Source: Oopsacas minuta | Taxonomy: Eukaryota > Animalia > Porifera | Assembly (NCBI GenBank): GCA_024704765.1 | Contig: JAKMXF010000308.1 | Coordinates: forward strand, 352,622 to 378,609 | DNA length: 25,988 bases | Direction: 5' to 3' | Shown: positions 1 to 12,300 of the stretch, in pieces | Layout of the letters: every line of letters begins with the position of its first letter | How positions within the stretch are numbered: position 1 is the first letter of the stretch | Notes under the pieces: generated by a model | The model's input: only the letters and a program-made list of their open reading frames with translations | Told to the model about the DNA's origin: nothing | The model's database searches: none | Position numbers and translations under genes: made by a program

Positions 1-159
1 ACCGAAATGACGTCATATTCCCAATAGTGGTAATACTACGGAAAATTTAAATGAAATTTTTGAAATTTACGGTGTCGAGTTACTATATAGACCACATAAA
101 ACATGTCTAGTTGTAATGGTTACCCTAATACGCCATTATGGCAATTTTGGCACACTGTG
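1..159. mobile_element. Possible right end of a Transib-like non-autonomous element (terminal CACAGTG on minus strand)
   Basis: Reverse complement of 121-159 begins CACAGTGTGCCAAAATTGCC. CAC(A/T)(G/A)TG is the known Transib TIR start. The partner TIR and TSD are not in the window. Confidence 0.33.
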
Positions 160-299
160 CTAGGGGTGGGGATGTGGACTGAATGCTAATTTTGTGTCTG
201 GATGGACTTTTGTTGGATTAATTATTAGAAAACCGTTTCAAATTCCTACTCCACATTTTATTTTTGGTCAAATTCCAACATTTTTTGGTCTAATTCTTG

Positions 300-1860
300 T
301 GTCTCATTGATGGTCCTCAGAATGCGATATATACCTCGGTTGCAATACCGAACATACTTCTACACATAAAGGGTGAATGGTAAGGGAAAAGGGATGTACA
401 GATGTAAAAGAGCCCGGTATTTATTCCATGCTCGCAGATAAATATAATACTTTAGTAAAACTGAGCAACATCCAATTGTTGTAAGATATGTTGAAGTTAA
501 GACAGCAACAATACAAGAGCCACTCCTTACATTCACTGAAATTTCAAGGCATTATGCAACTGCTTTGACAGAGTATATCCTTGGTACACTACACGAGTAC
601 AACTTGAATGTCCAATCCATAGTTCCCTAAGAATACTATGGAGCATCAGTGATGAGTGGGAAATGTCCAGGTGTACAATGGATGTTGCCCCTCAAACAAT
701 CTACACACACTGTTTTTGCACATTCTTAAACTGTGCTAAAAATTTTTTCCACGCTGGTAGATTCTTCTCCATTCTTGAGTCACTATATATATCCATGTCT
801 TCCTTCAAAGCCCATGTTGTTTTCATTCGAAAACAAACCGAACTTTACCCCTCAGAACCTAAGCGTGAGCAGAAAAGCTCTCAGATACTCGTTGGGCCTG
901 CAGATATTTAGCGGTTGATACAATGTGTCATACTTTTGATCCATTATTCGCCACTTTTGAGGATAGCAGATGGAGATGGCCATGCAAAAGCTGTTGGGGC
1001 TAATGGTTTCCTTTGCAGGCAAAGTCTTTCACTTTCTTCTCCATCTCATTATCTTTGTTCGAACCCTCTGTTGCATGAAAAAACTATATGATCTCTTACA
1101 AATTCAGGGGTGCACTTGAACAAAAGCAACTGACTTGGTATCTACAACTATCGAGACATATCAAGAGTTTAGATCTGACAGCTCCTGGAATCAAACTTTA
1201 TGCAGAGCAAGTAGCAGAAGTCCATTAGATAGCTTCCTCATTTTCACTGAAGCGACCCTCTAGGCCACCTGATCGATTTAAGTACAACGTCCTCTTGGAA
1301 TCAACAAATTCAAGGGAGTGTTTGTCTACCAGTCGTCAATAAAAGATGAACGTGCATTTTCCTATTCTTGTCAGTTTTTTAAAAGAACTGAGTAGTCGTA
1401 TCAATTCCAATAATCTGATAATAATGATAGCGATCCAGGCTTGTTGTCCTCAATTAAAAACTTCTTGAATCCTGATTGTATCCAACCACTCTTTGACAAC
1501 TACAGTTTAGATTCCGAATCACAAAGAATGGAAGTAATACTAGCAAAACGTACTTGAAGCGGCAAACAGATGGAAACAATAAGTGATGTTCTTCTTTAAA
1601 CCCAACCTTTTCAAGGAGCGTTTCCTACTTTAGCGAAGGTGCTTCACATTGCATTGACTATTTGTGTCAGTTTCAGTGTGAAAGGAATTTCTCATCTTTG
1701 AAACGTATCAATTGATTCTACGATCGACTTTGACAGAAGTAGGTTAGTGGACTTAGCATCTTTATCTATAGAACGTAACCTCAGCGGTTCAATATTGGTG
1801 GAGGAAGTGATAGAGAAGTTTATAGCAACAGGACAAAATTATTTTGCAATAACTTTATGA
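300..1860 (+). pseudogene. Degenerate hAT transposase (ZMYM1-like/DUF4371 plus hAT dimerisation domain)
   Basis: Manual translation across frameshifts and stops: GPQNAIYTS (~310), VKEPGIYSMLAD (first catalytic D, ~440), SKTEQHPIVVRYV, GASVMSGKC, LSDTRWACRYLAVD (~880-915), KSFHFLLHLIIF, FPTLAKVLHIALTICVS..CERNFSSLKRI..LRSTL..RLVDLASLSIE (1621-1775). The ORF-track hit 663-911 is one piece of it. Confidence 0.9.
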
Positions 1861-1944
1861 TTTTATTATTACACTGGTTACTGTTTGATTGATTCTTTCC
1901 TAATTATGGAATTGTTTATTAGATAATAATTTGACGCGCATAAC

Positions 1945-1983
1945 CCGTGCCCTAGTTATTTTACCAGTCTGTCTACGTCACTG
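1945..1983 (+). mobile_element. Right terminus (TIR) of the hAT element carrying the 300-1860 transposase relic
   Basis: Ends GTCTACGTCACTG (reverse complement CAGTGACGTAGAC, a typical hAT CAGTGGCGTA-type TIR) about 120 bp after the transposase stop. Left TIR not found; the element is 5'-truncated. Confidence 0.6.
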
Positions 1984-2501
1984 CTGCAGTAGAATAGAGA
2001 GTAGGTCTAACCTCTTTATGCTCTCTAACACAGATGGCAACTATGATGCATCCTGTGGATTCCTGATATTTTAAAATGCAATACATGGATTGGAGTCTGG
2101 AGAAAACTACTTTAATTATAATTAAGAATTAACTTATATGATACAGTCTGAGTTCGTGTACTATTTTGGGTTGTTTCAATGTGGTAAAAGCATCTTTGTG
2201 GCTATTAAATTGTTTCCTGTTTCGTTTGAAACCAATTTTGTTTTGATTCGATTTTGCAATGCTGCTGCCATTAGTCTATAGATTGTACTGTATTTAATAC
2301 GAAGTTATTTCGTGTCCACGTATATCACTATAAGTTATAATAAAACTTACGGTGAGATTGCACAAAGTGATACTGAACTTATGTGCCATTGAAATGGCGA
2401 TACAAAGGCTGTTCAATAAATTTTGAAGAATCGAATATTATCCGATAGAAAAAGGTAATGTACAATTGACTCAGTAGAACTCAGACAAAGATATAAGTTT
2501 T

Positions 2502-2604
2502 CAGGCCCATTGGAAGGGGTCGGCCATGGCCGCCCCATTTTTCATTATCATAATGACACAACACTGGTGCCATACGCCGTAGGATAATCCTGACGAGAAC
2601 CCTG
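2502..2604. mobile_element. Solo hAT-like terminus relic
   Basis: Ends CATACGCCGTAGGATAATCCTGACGAGAACCCTG (reverse complement CAGGGTTCTCG...), GC-rich within AT-rich DNA. No matching opposite TIR or TSD found. Confidence 0.35.
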
Positions 2605-2715
2605 GTATAGTGATTACTAATAAATTAATAATGTAGAAATAAGGTGACTATTGTCCAGTGTTTGGGGTCAATTTTGGCTATGTTGAGGTTTTAGCTGTCC
2701 AGTTTCTTCACCTGA

Positions 2716-3822
2716 TAGGCCGGTCAATATGATGTATGACCCCAAAATAGTTTCAAGAAATTGTTTTATTGCATTTTTCGTAGTATCCTCTTTAGGGAAT
2801 AACATACCTACTGAAAGTTTAGCAGAATCGGATCCCAAGAAGTTGAAAATTTGTGGGGTCAGAACTTGGTTTCAAATAGGAATTACTGGTGGTGTAAATG
2901 TTGGCTATCGAATTCAATTACTTTCGATCAACTTTTTATGGTCATATTCGTGCTCATCATCAAATTTCCAGCCGTTTGTAAACATATTGACCATATTTGA
3001 GAGATGTTTCCCTAGCAAAGCAAAAGTTTTCCTCGGGAATGTGACAAAAGTGTTCGAACCGATATGTCCCGATTAAGCGGAGTTGACTGTACATAACTAG
3101 ACTCAGCTTGCCTAGCGGCGTCGAACAAGGTGTCACTCGATGAATTTCTAACAAAATTTGAGATTGGAATGTTGTCACATTCCTGAAGAAATTTTCTTTG
3201 CTAGGGAAAATTCCCTCAAATATGATAATGCATAAAACTGCACGAAATTTGATCCTGAGCACGAATATGGCCATGAACAGTTGATCGAAATCAATTGAAT
3301 ACGCTAGCCAACATTTACAACTAGGGCTGTACCGGATATCCGGTACTAATCCTGTCCGACCAGTTACAGGATATCCGGCCGGAACCAGATATGAAGCACT
3401 GTTACTATCTTATACGGATATAAAAGGTGAATGAATGCAATACATATTGATACTGCATCTATTGTGGAATCACGTAAATTCTTTGAAGCCTAACTAAATA
3501 TACAGAATCCTAGAATTTGTACATTCAATTAAGAAAAAGCAGAACATGTTCTTGATGTGACATTTGGCAAAATTTTTCGGAAGGATATTTAATCGGATTT
3601 CCAGATCTGGACGGAGAAGTGAATCTCTAATCCGGTATAGCCCCTTTCCAACACCGATGATTCCTATTGGACACCAAGTTTTGAACCCGAAATTTTAATT
3701 TCTGGTGATCCGATTTTGGTAACTTTTAGTATACAGAGGATACTACGGGAAAAACGCATTAAAACTATTCATTGCAATTATTTTGGGGTTGGCGCATTTT
3801 TATTCTTTTTTTGACTCGACTA
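2716..3822. mobile_element. Foldback-like long-inverted-repeat non-autonomous element
   Basis: Left arm ~2716-3047 aligns by eye (roughly 75-80%) to the reverse complement of 3172-3321 joined to 3653-3822, with a 124-bp spacer (3048-3171). Termini approximate; superfamily not assigned. Confidence 0.8.
3322..3644. mobile_element. hAT MITE inserted in the right arm of the foldback element
   Basis: TIRs TAGGGCTGTACCGGAT and reverse complement GGGGCTATACCGGAT. TSD TTTACAAC (3314-3321) and TTTCCAAC (3645-3652), 7/8. Clustered CCGG/ATATCCGG subterminal motifs. Foldback arm homology resumes after it. Confidence 0.85.
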
Positions 3823-4490
3823 TTAGTAAAACGCATGTTATTTACAGCATTTTCTGCGATCTATCTTAGATTGCTTCTCAACTTATAGTACGTTTACAAA
3901 TACATGTATTAATAATTATTACATTTACATAGCATACAGAAATACCGCCATAAACTAATTAAATAGTATGTCCAGTTTGTGTGTCCAGTTATTTTTAATG
4001 TTCTGTCCAGGAAAGTCCAGTTTTTTTCGAAAACTTGAGAATGTCCAGGTTTTGTTGAAAAACCTTTTGGTCACCCTGTGTAGAAATAGTACGTGCATTT
4101 TTTTATCAACCACTAACTACATAATATTAATAGAAAATAAGAACTAAAATTTTGACCAATCAAATAAGAAGCGAAGTGTCGTGTAATTAGGTCATGTAAC
4201 GAAATGTAGCTTTAGCGAAAATGAAATTAACGTCCGTTCGAAAACATAGATTTTTCGAACTGTAGGCATAACTTAAACAAAACTACCCATTTTAAGAGAA
4301 AGTCAATATATTATTCTTTCATTCGTTTAGCACAAGGTGTACAAATCTAGTGTCATCAATAATCAGACTTGAAAAGTCACTTTGGTGAAACTATGAAGAT
4401 TATTTTCGTCTAGATTTAGCTCCACCTAGACTTTGATTCGATAAGCATGTTATTACCTCAATATAGAGATAGTATAAAGGAATATTACTA

Positions 4491-4514
4491 GAAGAAGAAA
4501 GAAAGAAAGAAAAG
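4491..4514. repeat. (GAAA)n / purine-rich simple repeat
   Basis: GAAGAAGAAAGAAAGAAAGAAAAG read directly. Could be the 3' tail of a minus-strand non-LTR relic, but no RT-like coding sequence was seen. Confidence 0.7.
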
Positions 4515-5715
4515 TTTAATTTGTGCCGTCAGGGTAAATTGCCCTTACAAAAATATTCATAAAAGAAAAAAATCACCCCAGTTCTCATCCCCTAAGGGTT
4601 GTCGCTCCATCAATATACTTTATTTATGAATATTGAATGAGCTAGCTATACTGGTAATTTAACCAGATAGTACCTTAGGTAAGAAGCCATTTTTTTACAT
4701 ACAAAACAAACAGCAAATTTTCACTTCCAAGTGATTATGTCGTGTATTATTATGCTTAACAGATTAAAGCTAGACACTTGCTCTATATCCGCCCTTTGTA
4801 AATATTTGAAATTTCGCCAACATAAACGTAATCTTTTCAGGAATAAATGTATAAATTTCAGATTCGAAATCAACAAGGAAGATTGTCGATTAATAGGAAG
4901 AGTGATATTCACTTTGATAATATTTTTGTCGTCACCAAAATTTGCGATATTTAAAATTTTCTAAATTGATAATAAACTTCACTTCTTCTTGTTTCGTTGG
5001 ATACCAATTATGTATGATTCAGACATCGGGAAGTACTTTAAATTTAAATTAGTTCTGTGCTCAGTTGAAACTTGCGCCAAACTTAATACTCGTTCAATAA
5101 TTACTCATTAACAGAAACAAAATTTGAGATGAGGACAGGCCGATCAAAGGGTGTTCCTGAAATATAGTGCCTCTCACATTTTGAATATTACAATAACAAA
5201 GATTCACCTACAGTTTTATTATATATATAGTAATTCAACTAATTTACTAAGTATTCTATTAGTATCAGGCAGATTGCGATAGATTTCTTTTACAAGGGAT
5301 AAAATTTTTGTTTTTTCAGTCTCAAAATTTTGTCGTTTAAGAGCTTAGATGATATCAAATTTGAATTCTAAGATATGTATTCTACCTAAAAAGTCCGTCC
5401 ATGGCTAAAATACCCTATAGCGGAAAGATTATTGGCGTTGATGCTGAATTGCCAGACAAGGGCCGATTTACAAATTATGAAAAGTGGAAATTTTCATATT
5501 ATGGTTCATTGATATTATTGGGCAGATTTTCAGGTTAATCATAAGTGATAGAGATGTTTGATGGTGCAAATATTAAATCAATCGGAGATGGTCATAGCTT
5601 TCCTGGGCGTAATGAGGTGGAATACCAGAAATTTTAGTTAGTTATAATTACAGGATATTGAACATCTACTCGAAAAGAATAATCTTGACGTAAACTAGTA
5701 AAGAAATATATTAAG

Positions 5716-5803
5716 CAGGTTTAACCCACTTTAATCAACAAAAGGGGTTTAGTTCACCGGTTTAAACCGGGTTTACATGGGGGGGTTAAACTTTCCAACC
5801 CAG
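5716..5803. repeat. Short relic rich in GGTTT/AAACC motifs, possibly a hAT MITE remnant
   Basis: CAGGTTTAACCC...CCGGTTTAAACCGG...GGTTAAACTTTCCAACCCAG. Flanking 8-mers match only 5/8. Confidence 0.3.
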
Positions 5804-6308
5804 ATTCTAACGAGTGACAAAATCGAAATTCTAACAAATAGGCAAGCATCTTCAAGTTATTGATGAATATTGGCAAAATGTATCATCCACGGTGGCTATT
5901 AGAATTCTGTAACTCGCGAACTTTATAATGCCACCTTTTGATATTCTTGTACAGCAACATCGTTAGATCTAATGGCATATATTTGTAACTGTAAACGTAT
6001 TTTACCCCATTACGAAGTTTCAAAATTGGAAGTTTTTTGACAAATTTGCTAAGTTAGTAATTAGATTAATTAGATAGACTGTGAGTAATGTCAATTATCA
6101 ATAATGCATTTATTCCACCATTTGTACCATTTAAGTATTATCGCAAAAATTAGGGTTCCCAAGGACAGACTTAACATATCTCCTGGTCCAAGTCTATCAA
6201 TCAGTACTATTGCCTCAGTGTATAGGGTGGATACTATACCTAGAGGGATAATAATTACATATTAGTTAAACTGTGCATGATACAAAAATATTATATACGC
6301 AAGTAAGA

Positions 6309-6314
6309 TTTAAT
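6309..6314 (-). promoter_or_regulatory. Candidate polyadenylation signal (ATTAAA) for TOR
   Basis: ATTAAA on the minus strand about 85 nt after the TAA stop, followed by T-rich sequence. Not experimentally supported. Confidence 0.3.
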
Positions 6315-6398
6315 ATACGCTATTCTAAAATCAATGCAATATGATTATTGTTTATGTTTGGCGAGTATGTAAAAAATATTAACATCTACAATGCTGGT

Positions 6399-9300
6399 TT
6401 ACCAAAAGGGGCACCAGCCTATATAGCATTGGCATAGGTTTTCATGAGAAGTAGCCTGATAAATTAAAAGTTGAACTTGATCTTCTATGGACAGTCCACT
6501 TTTGCATGAAAAATCACAACCAGTAAGCTTATCTTTTATACGAGATATTATTGAAAGGGCCTTTTCATTAACCTCCATTTGAGGAAAATCTTCATTTTCT
6601 TCAATGATTGATGGCTGTGTAATCAAATTAGTGGGTCGCTTATGTAACAACGTAATATCATCTACAAGAAGGTTGCTTGTTTCCGCTTGTGGTCGAATAT
6701 TTTGTTTAACTTCTGTTTTATGTGGATTTGAATCTACCAATCTCCAAGAGAGGAGTGGGTCATATACAAATGCCTCTAATACGGCCATGACACTGTCTCT
6801 GTTATTTCTTAGTACATTCATAACATTAATGCACGTATGCTTGAACGTGCCATCAATGCCGGTAATTTCCATCGCTAATACTAGCATACGTGTTAGTCTA
6901 AAAGGTATCTTTTCAGGGAATTTTTCACGTATCATTGCGACTTCGAAACAGTCACCAAAGTCAATGTGAAGTACTCTCCCACTTACCCTATCGAGCATCA
7001 AATTTGACGGGTGTCTGTCCCCTAGACCCAAAATATAGCCAACCATAGACATAACTGAAAGTGAGCGTGTATAGTTAGTTCTTCTCGCGAACCAAACCTC
7101 TGAGCTAGGGCTCTTTAACCATAGAATGTTAGCTAGATCATGCCCATTTCTTTCTTCCAATGCTCTCTGAAATACCTCCACCTTCTGAATCAAAGGCAAA
7201 CAATCATAATCAGGTGAGTATTTTAGCATTAGTCGATGCTCGATATTTAGTACTATGTTTTTCTTCTCACGAAAATCTCGGATCAAAGCATGCATTGTAT
7301 CACAGTTTGGTACCCATCCGATAAGCCCAGAATTAGGAGAAAGAGGTATCACAGAATATCTCTGAATGAAGAGTTCTTTTTTAAATGTTTCCGAGTTGTT
7401 AATCAAAAGGGTATTCACTAATCCAAACAATTGCATTACCCGTGCATCTTGCCTCAAATCTTCATGACCTTTCAAAAGAAACTGAAATTCTTGTCCATTA
7501 CTCCCACGTAGACTTAATTTCCTAGGTCTTTGCTTAGATGGTATCACTTGAAGAGTTGGAGAGAATTCTTGAATATATATCATGGGCTGCCCTGGCTCAT
7601 AAGTACCGGGAACTGGTAGAACCATATCTCGCTGGTCGTTCAGCTTATGGGAAACACTTTTAAGCTCTAATGATACCAAAAGTGGCAGTTGTTTGCTGAT
7701 ACGCTTAAAAACATGAAAATATAACTCCCAAGCTTGAGTTAAATCTTTAATACATTGTGTACTTTGGTATTTTTTACACCAATCTTGCGCATCTGACAAG
7801 TCTCTCCCGTATGCTTGACTAAAAGACATCTCGTTTAACGTTTGTGGCCCTAATTCCAAAATAGAATGTAATGGTTCAAGTGTGTTCAACATACCCTGAA
7901 CATTTTTATCTGCAAAATACAATCGCGAGGCTTCCTCTAAACCTTCATGCCACAATTCATGCCATAGGATTGCAACTCGGATAAGTTCTTCAGACACGAG
8001 AAGTGCCTGTATGGTAAGTTCATGCCTTGTTTCAGAAATTACATTCAGAATTGCTTTAGCAGCATCAGAACGTGTTTTGACAACCGATTTAGAAGCAACC
8101 GTTATCGGATACACCAGGGCTTGAGGGTGTTGTTTTCCAACATCACATAATAGATTGTGAACCAATTTCTTTACATTATGGAATCGTGAATCAATTCTTG
8201 CTATTAATTGTGGGATAACATGTAACCAAGTGTCTATGGATACAGTTCTTATTCCTTGATCAAGTGTTTCAAAAATGTCATCATGTCCAGCATATTGAAA
8301 CCAAAGTGTAAGGAGACGTAATGAATCTTGTAGTGAATTAGCTGATAAAGATATTGACTTTAAAAAACCTTCTATTGAGTTCTTCACAAAGTCAATATGT
8401 GTAACGTTGATATCTGTAGTTCGAGCACCATATCTTTTATGAGTACTTGGAAGATCAATAAAGTTAGTTTGAGTTTGATCTTTTTGATTAGCTAGTTCAA
8501 AATTGTAGATAGCCCACGCATGCCAAGCTTTGTAAGAATTTGAATTGTATTCTGTGGCTGATTTGAGATATGTCAATATATTCTTAACAATTTGTGGATC
8601 GTTGAGAGTTTTATAGAGTTCCCAATTCCAAATGCCCAAACGTAAAAAGCATTTTGATAACAATTTTGGAAGTGAAGAAGAGGGTTCGAGTAGGGAATTT
8701 TCTTTCATTGATAGTATTTTTTTCGTGAAGGTAAGCATATGGTCTAAAATTTGAGTGCGTTTTTGATAGCTCTCATTAGATAATACTGTGTGCCATCTAA
8801 ATTTTATATAAGCATAATCAACATAAGGGTCAACCCAATCTGATTCAGGTTGATCAGCTCCCAAGAATTTTAATGTTTCCCTAGCACGAGTGAATCTTCC
8901 ACTCTTTCGACATAAGCTTGAGTATTTTATCCATGATCGTGTATCCTGGGTAGGTTTAACAATGAGTGACCTAACTAACAGTATTTTTTGCCAATCCTCA
9001 ACATTGTAATGACACCCTTGTAGCCTTTCCCACCATGTATTTATCAAATCTTTATATTTGTTTGCTGATGGTTCTGATTTAACATCAATGACTTCCTCTA
9101 GTTCTGACAGATTCTGTATAAATACCATTGCATTATAAGCACGAGTATAACTTTCACCAACAAGTACGCTTAATTCAGGATCCATCAAAACTCGTGCTTC
9201 TTTAATATAATTTCTCGCAACACAATAATCTTCCGAGTGAATTGAATATACTGCTCGAAAATATGCTCCATTTTGAGAATGAGCGGGGATACGATCTATA

Positions 9301-12300
9301 AATTCATTGAACTTTTCCCACTTATTAAGTCCCCAAGCAGCTGAGCAGGCAATTTGGGAAATAGTAACTTTCTCCAATTTATTCGCTTTATTCCAAGTAT
9401 CTAATGAACAATCGTAAAGTTCTTCCCATTCACCCAAAGCTTCCAGGCAACGCAGCTTACCAATTGTATCTTGCATGCTTTCTAATCCGCTATACTGGTG
9501 ATTTCTATATATTTCCAATGCTTTATCCCAACACTGGAGACTTTCGTACCATTTAGCATCTTCGAGAACACCGTACATTTCTCTAGAATGTTCAAGAACT
9601 CCTAAGGAAGCCTCTGGCACCTGTAATTTATTATTTAGATCAATTAGATTTTCGAGTAAATCTTTTGTACTTTTGTTTGGTTCAAATTCCTTCTCTTTAT
9701 ACCTTAAAGCCTTTGCATAAGCCCTCGAGTGGAAAGCGCTTTCACATAGAACCTTACTATCCAATGGAAGGGAAATTATCTCTAAATGTTCAGTAAATTC
9801 AAGTAGATTAAGAATCACTTGAATGATTTCCGGACTTTTGCTTACTTTGAGAGCCTTCTCAAGATTCGTGATAAGTTCATCCCTATGAAACTGTGGTAAG
9901 TTCGACCAACAAGAAATAAAGGTTGCGTTAAATAATTCCCGGGCAAGAATATTGTAACAGGTACATATTTGATGAAGTGCTCTGAGAGCTTTATCAGGTG
10001 TTTCTTGTACTAACTGCATACTAAGCCTTCTTAGCCATTCATTCCAAGCCTCAACATTCAAGTTATCCTTTGTGTCCCAAGCTTTACTAAGACTAAGGAT
10101 ATTCATATAGGAGCCCTTGACTCCTGGGGTACTTTTAGAATGGAGATAAGAATCGCTAACATGTTCGTTTACGGTAAGAGCATGTTGAAGAAATGTTACT
10201 TCTGTAGGAATATTTATAGAACAGGCCTGCTTGTTTTCGGTTAATTGGAAAATAAGATATTTATAGTCAGTGTTATATAATCCATGTTTCTCTAGAACTG
10301 TGTTAACCATGGGTATAAAGATTTCATAGCTACGACCAAGTTGAGGAATAATAGCAATTAAGACCTGAAATGCATCTATCTTTACTTCTTCACTATTTTC
10401 AATCGTCCTGGACAATGTATGTACAACAGGTGACACAAAATCATTGAAGTCAATACAAGAACTTAGAGATTTAATTGCTAGTAGAGCTTCTCTAATAACT
10501 GTTAAGGAACTATCTGGTCCTTCCAATAATTTGATGACGGGAGGTAAAAGCATGTGCAAGTAATCGTCTATATTCGCGCCACAAATTTGTAGAGCCCTCA
10601 ATAGTTCTATGGTATCCTGTTTACCATGAGAATTATCTTCTAAGAGAACACCCAACATTGGTTGGACTAATTGAGGAATATAATTTCGAAATTCTGATCC
10701 CAGAGTTGTTATTAGTTGTTTAATTAGTTCAATCAGAGCAGTTCGTTTCACTCCAGTATCCCAAGATTTATGGATAATTTCGAATATTTTGGGCATAAAG
10801 TCTTTGGCTTGAGGTCCTGCTATTGCTACAATCCTCTTGAGTTGCGAAAAAAGGGTGGTTTTTAATTTCGTGTCAGCATTAATCTCAATTACTGGTAGGA
10901 TTGTGGGTAAAATTAGTTTAACAAACTGGGGTGCTTTATCATCCAGGTACTCTAAAATCAAAGGGAGAGACATTGCTGCTTCTAAGTGGAATGCTGCAAG
11001 TGAGGTATCATTTAAAATCCTTAGGAGGCATCTAATTGCGACTTGAGGATAAAAATCCTCAAGTTGTTCACTTGATGTTGATACCCAAACTTCACTAGTA
11101 AAATTTCCGAGAACATTTTGTGGTATATCGAGATTTTCTGAGGTGATGTTTCCAGTACTATTCTGGTTTTGAACTTCTTGTTTGAGTTTGTGATGATAAG
11201 CAAGATATTTGTGTGGGTCTAATGCGCCAAGAAGACCAAGAACACGAATACTCTGGAGGCGAACAGTTGGAAGTAATTCGACCTTTAAAAAAGAGTAGAG
11301 TATATCCATCATTTGCGGACGTTGGAAGGAAGGCTCTAATACATATCGTGTGTGTTCAAGAAGCTCTCCAAGTGTCCAAAGCATCATGAGAGATTTGTCT
11401 GTAGAACTATTAGCTGAATCTTGAATATTATCTCTAAGTATAGGTATAATCCTAGTGGAATAATTTCTCATTTCGGATTGGCTAACTTTAGCTTGCATAG
11501 CGATTGCCAGTAATACACTCATAATGACTCCTACTGAAGTGTTAGGATCTTGCAGTTTAGGAATTAAAGTATCCAATATTGGTTCGAAATATGGTTTTAC
11601 AAGAATGGGTGTATGGGTAATCAAACAAGCAAGTAGCTGAGCACTTTGTTCTTGAAGTTGATCTGTATTCGTAAATCTAAGATCATCCAATAGCTGAACG
11701 AGAGTCTTACGTAATGATGGCAGTAGGTAAGCAGGGTTATATACGTTCAAGCGACCAAAAATCTCCAAAACCTCCAATCTAATCTCGAAATATTCATCTT
11801 GGAATGCAGCGAATAATTTTTGCAAGTTCTCAGCCTGAGCAAGGTGTCCATCGAACTTAGACGTAAGCGAACAGAATACACATAACCGAACACTGTAATC
11901 CTGGTCAGTAACACCGACTTTAAGTATCAAATTTAATATTGCAGAAACATTTTGAGTTGCTGCCTGTTGATTGGGTTGTTGGACAATTGTAGAAGCAGCA
12001 ATAGTAGGAGAAGGAATAGTCTGCTTTAGAAGATTGCAACATGTTATAATAGTTTGAGTACGCACACTCCTGTCACAATGATCCAGAAAGGTGTGGGCTA
12101 CCAATTTTAAATGAAATGATATGCCTATCAAATCTTCAAACTCAAATTCAGAAAGGGTTTTCAGAGAGAGTATAATTTCTTCCGAATTAGCTAAAAGAGG
12201 GGGAAATGATTGCAGATCCAAGAAAGAAGAACCTCTTTGAAGTCCAGGATGATGGATTGGTTTGTGAAGTAGAACAGAAAATATTTGGTGGAGTAAATGT

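Larger units (their letters stand above)
2640..4078. mobile_element. Non-autonomous hAT element (outer tier of a three-level nest)
   Basis: TIRs TAAGGTGACTA (2640) and reverse complement CAGGGTGACCA (ends 4078), 8/11 match. Perfect 8-bp TSD TGTAGAAA at 2632-2639 and 4079-4086. Subterminal (T/A)GTCCAG motifs at about 2652, 2697, 3969, 3983, 4005, 4015 and 4042. Confidence 0.85.

Noticed and set aside
121-159. Complete V(D)J-type recombination signal sequence
   Set aside because: The heptamer is present but there is no ACAAAAACC-like nonamer at 12- or 23-bp spacing.
2143-2489. Possible Tc1-like MITE (CAGTCTGAGTTC...GAACTCAGAC) and a mariner-TIR-like motif TACAAAGGCTGTTCAATAA at 2401
   Set aside because: Only a 10-bp inverted match, with no TA at the right end and no partner for the 2401 motif. 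Too weak to call.
2729-3274. ORFs of 115 aa (+) and 104 aa (-) that resemble each other
   Set aside because: They lie in the two arms of an inverted repeat, so the similarity is a by-product of the foldback structure. No protein family is recognisable.
6200-6398. Poly(A) relic or TSD that would prove TOR is a recent retrocopy
   Set aside because: No A-tract downstream of the stop on the minus strand and no flanking direct repeat seen.
6399-9600. Natural equivalents of human activating mTOR mutations
   Set aside because: By-eye alignment shows the L1460, C1483, E1799, F1888, T1977 and L2427 equivalents conserved. The S2215 position is Thr, a conservative change at a variable site.
6604-11203. 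Short ORFs overlapping TOR (6604-6969 +, 10837-11046 +, 11021-11203 -)
   Set aside because: Antisense or alternate-frame shadows of a long conserved CDS, with no recognisable motifs.
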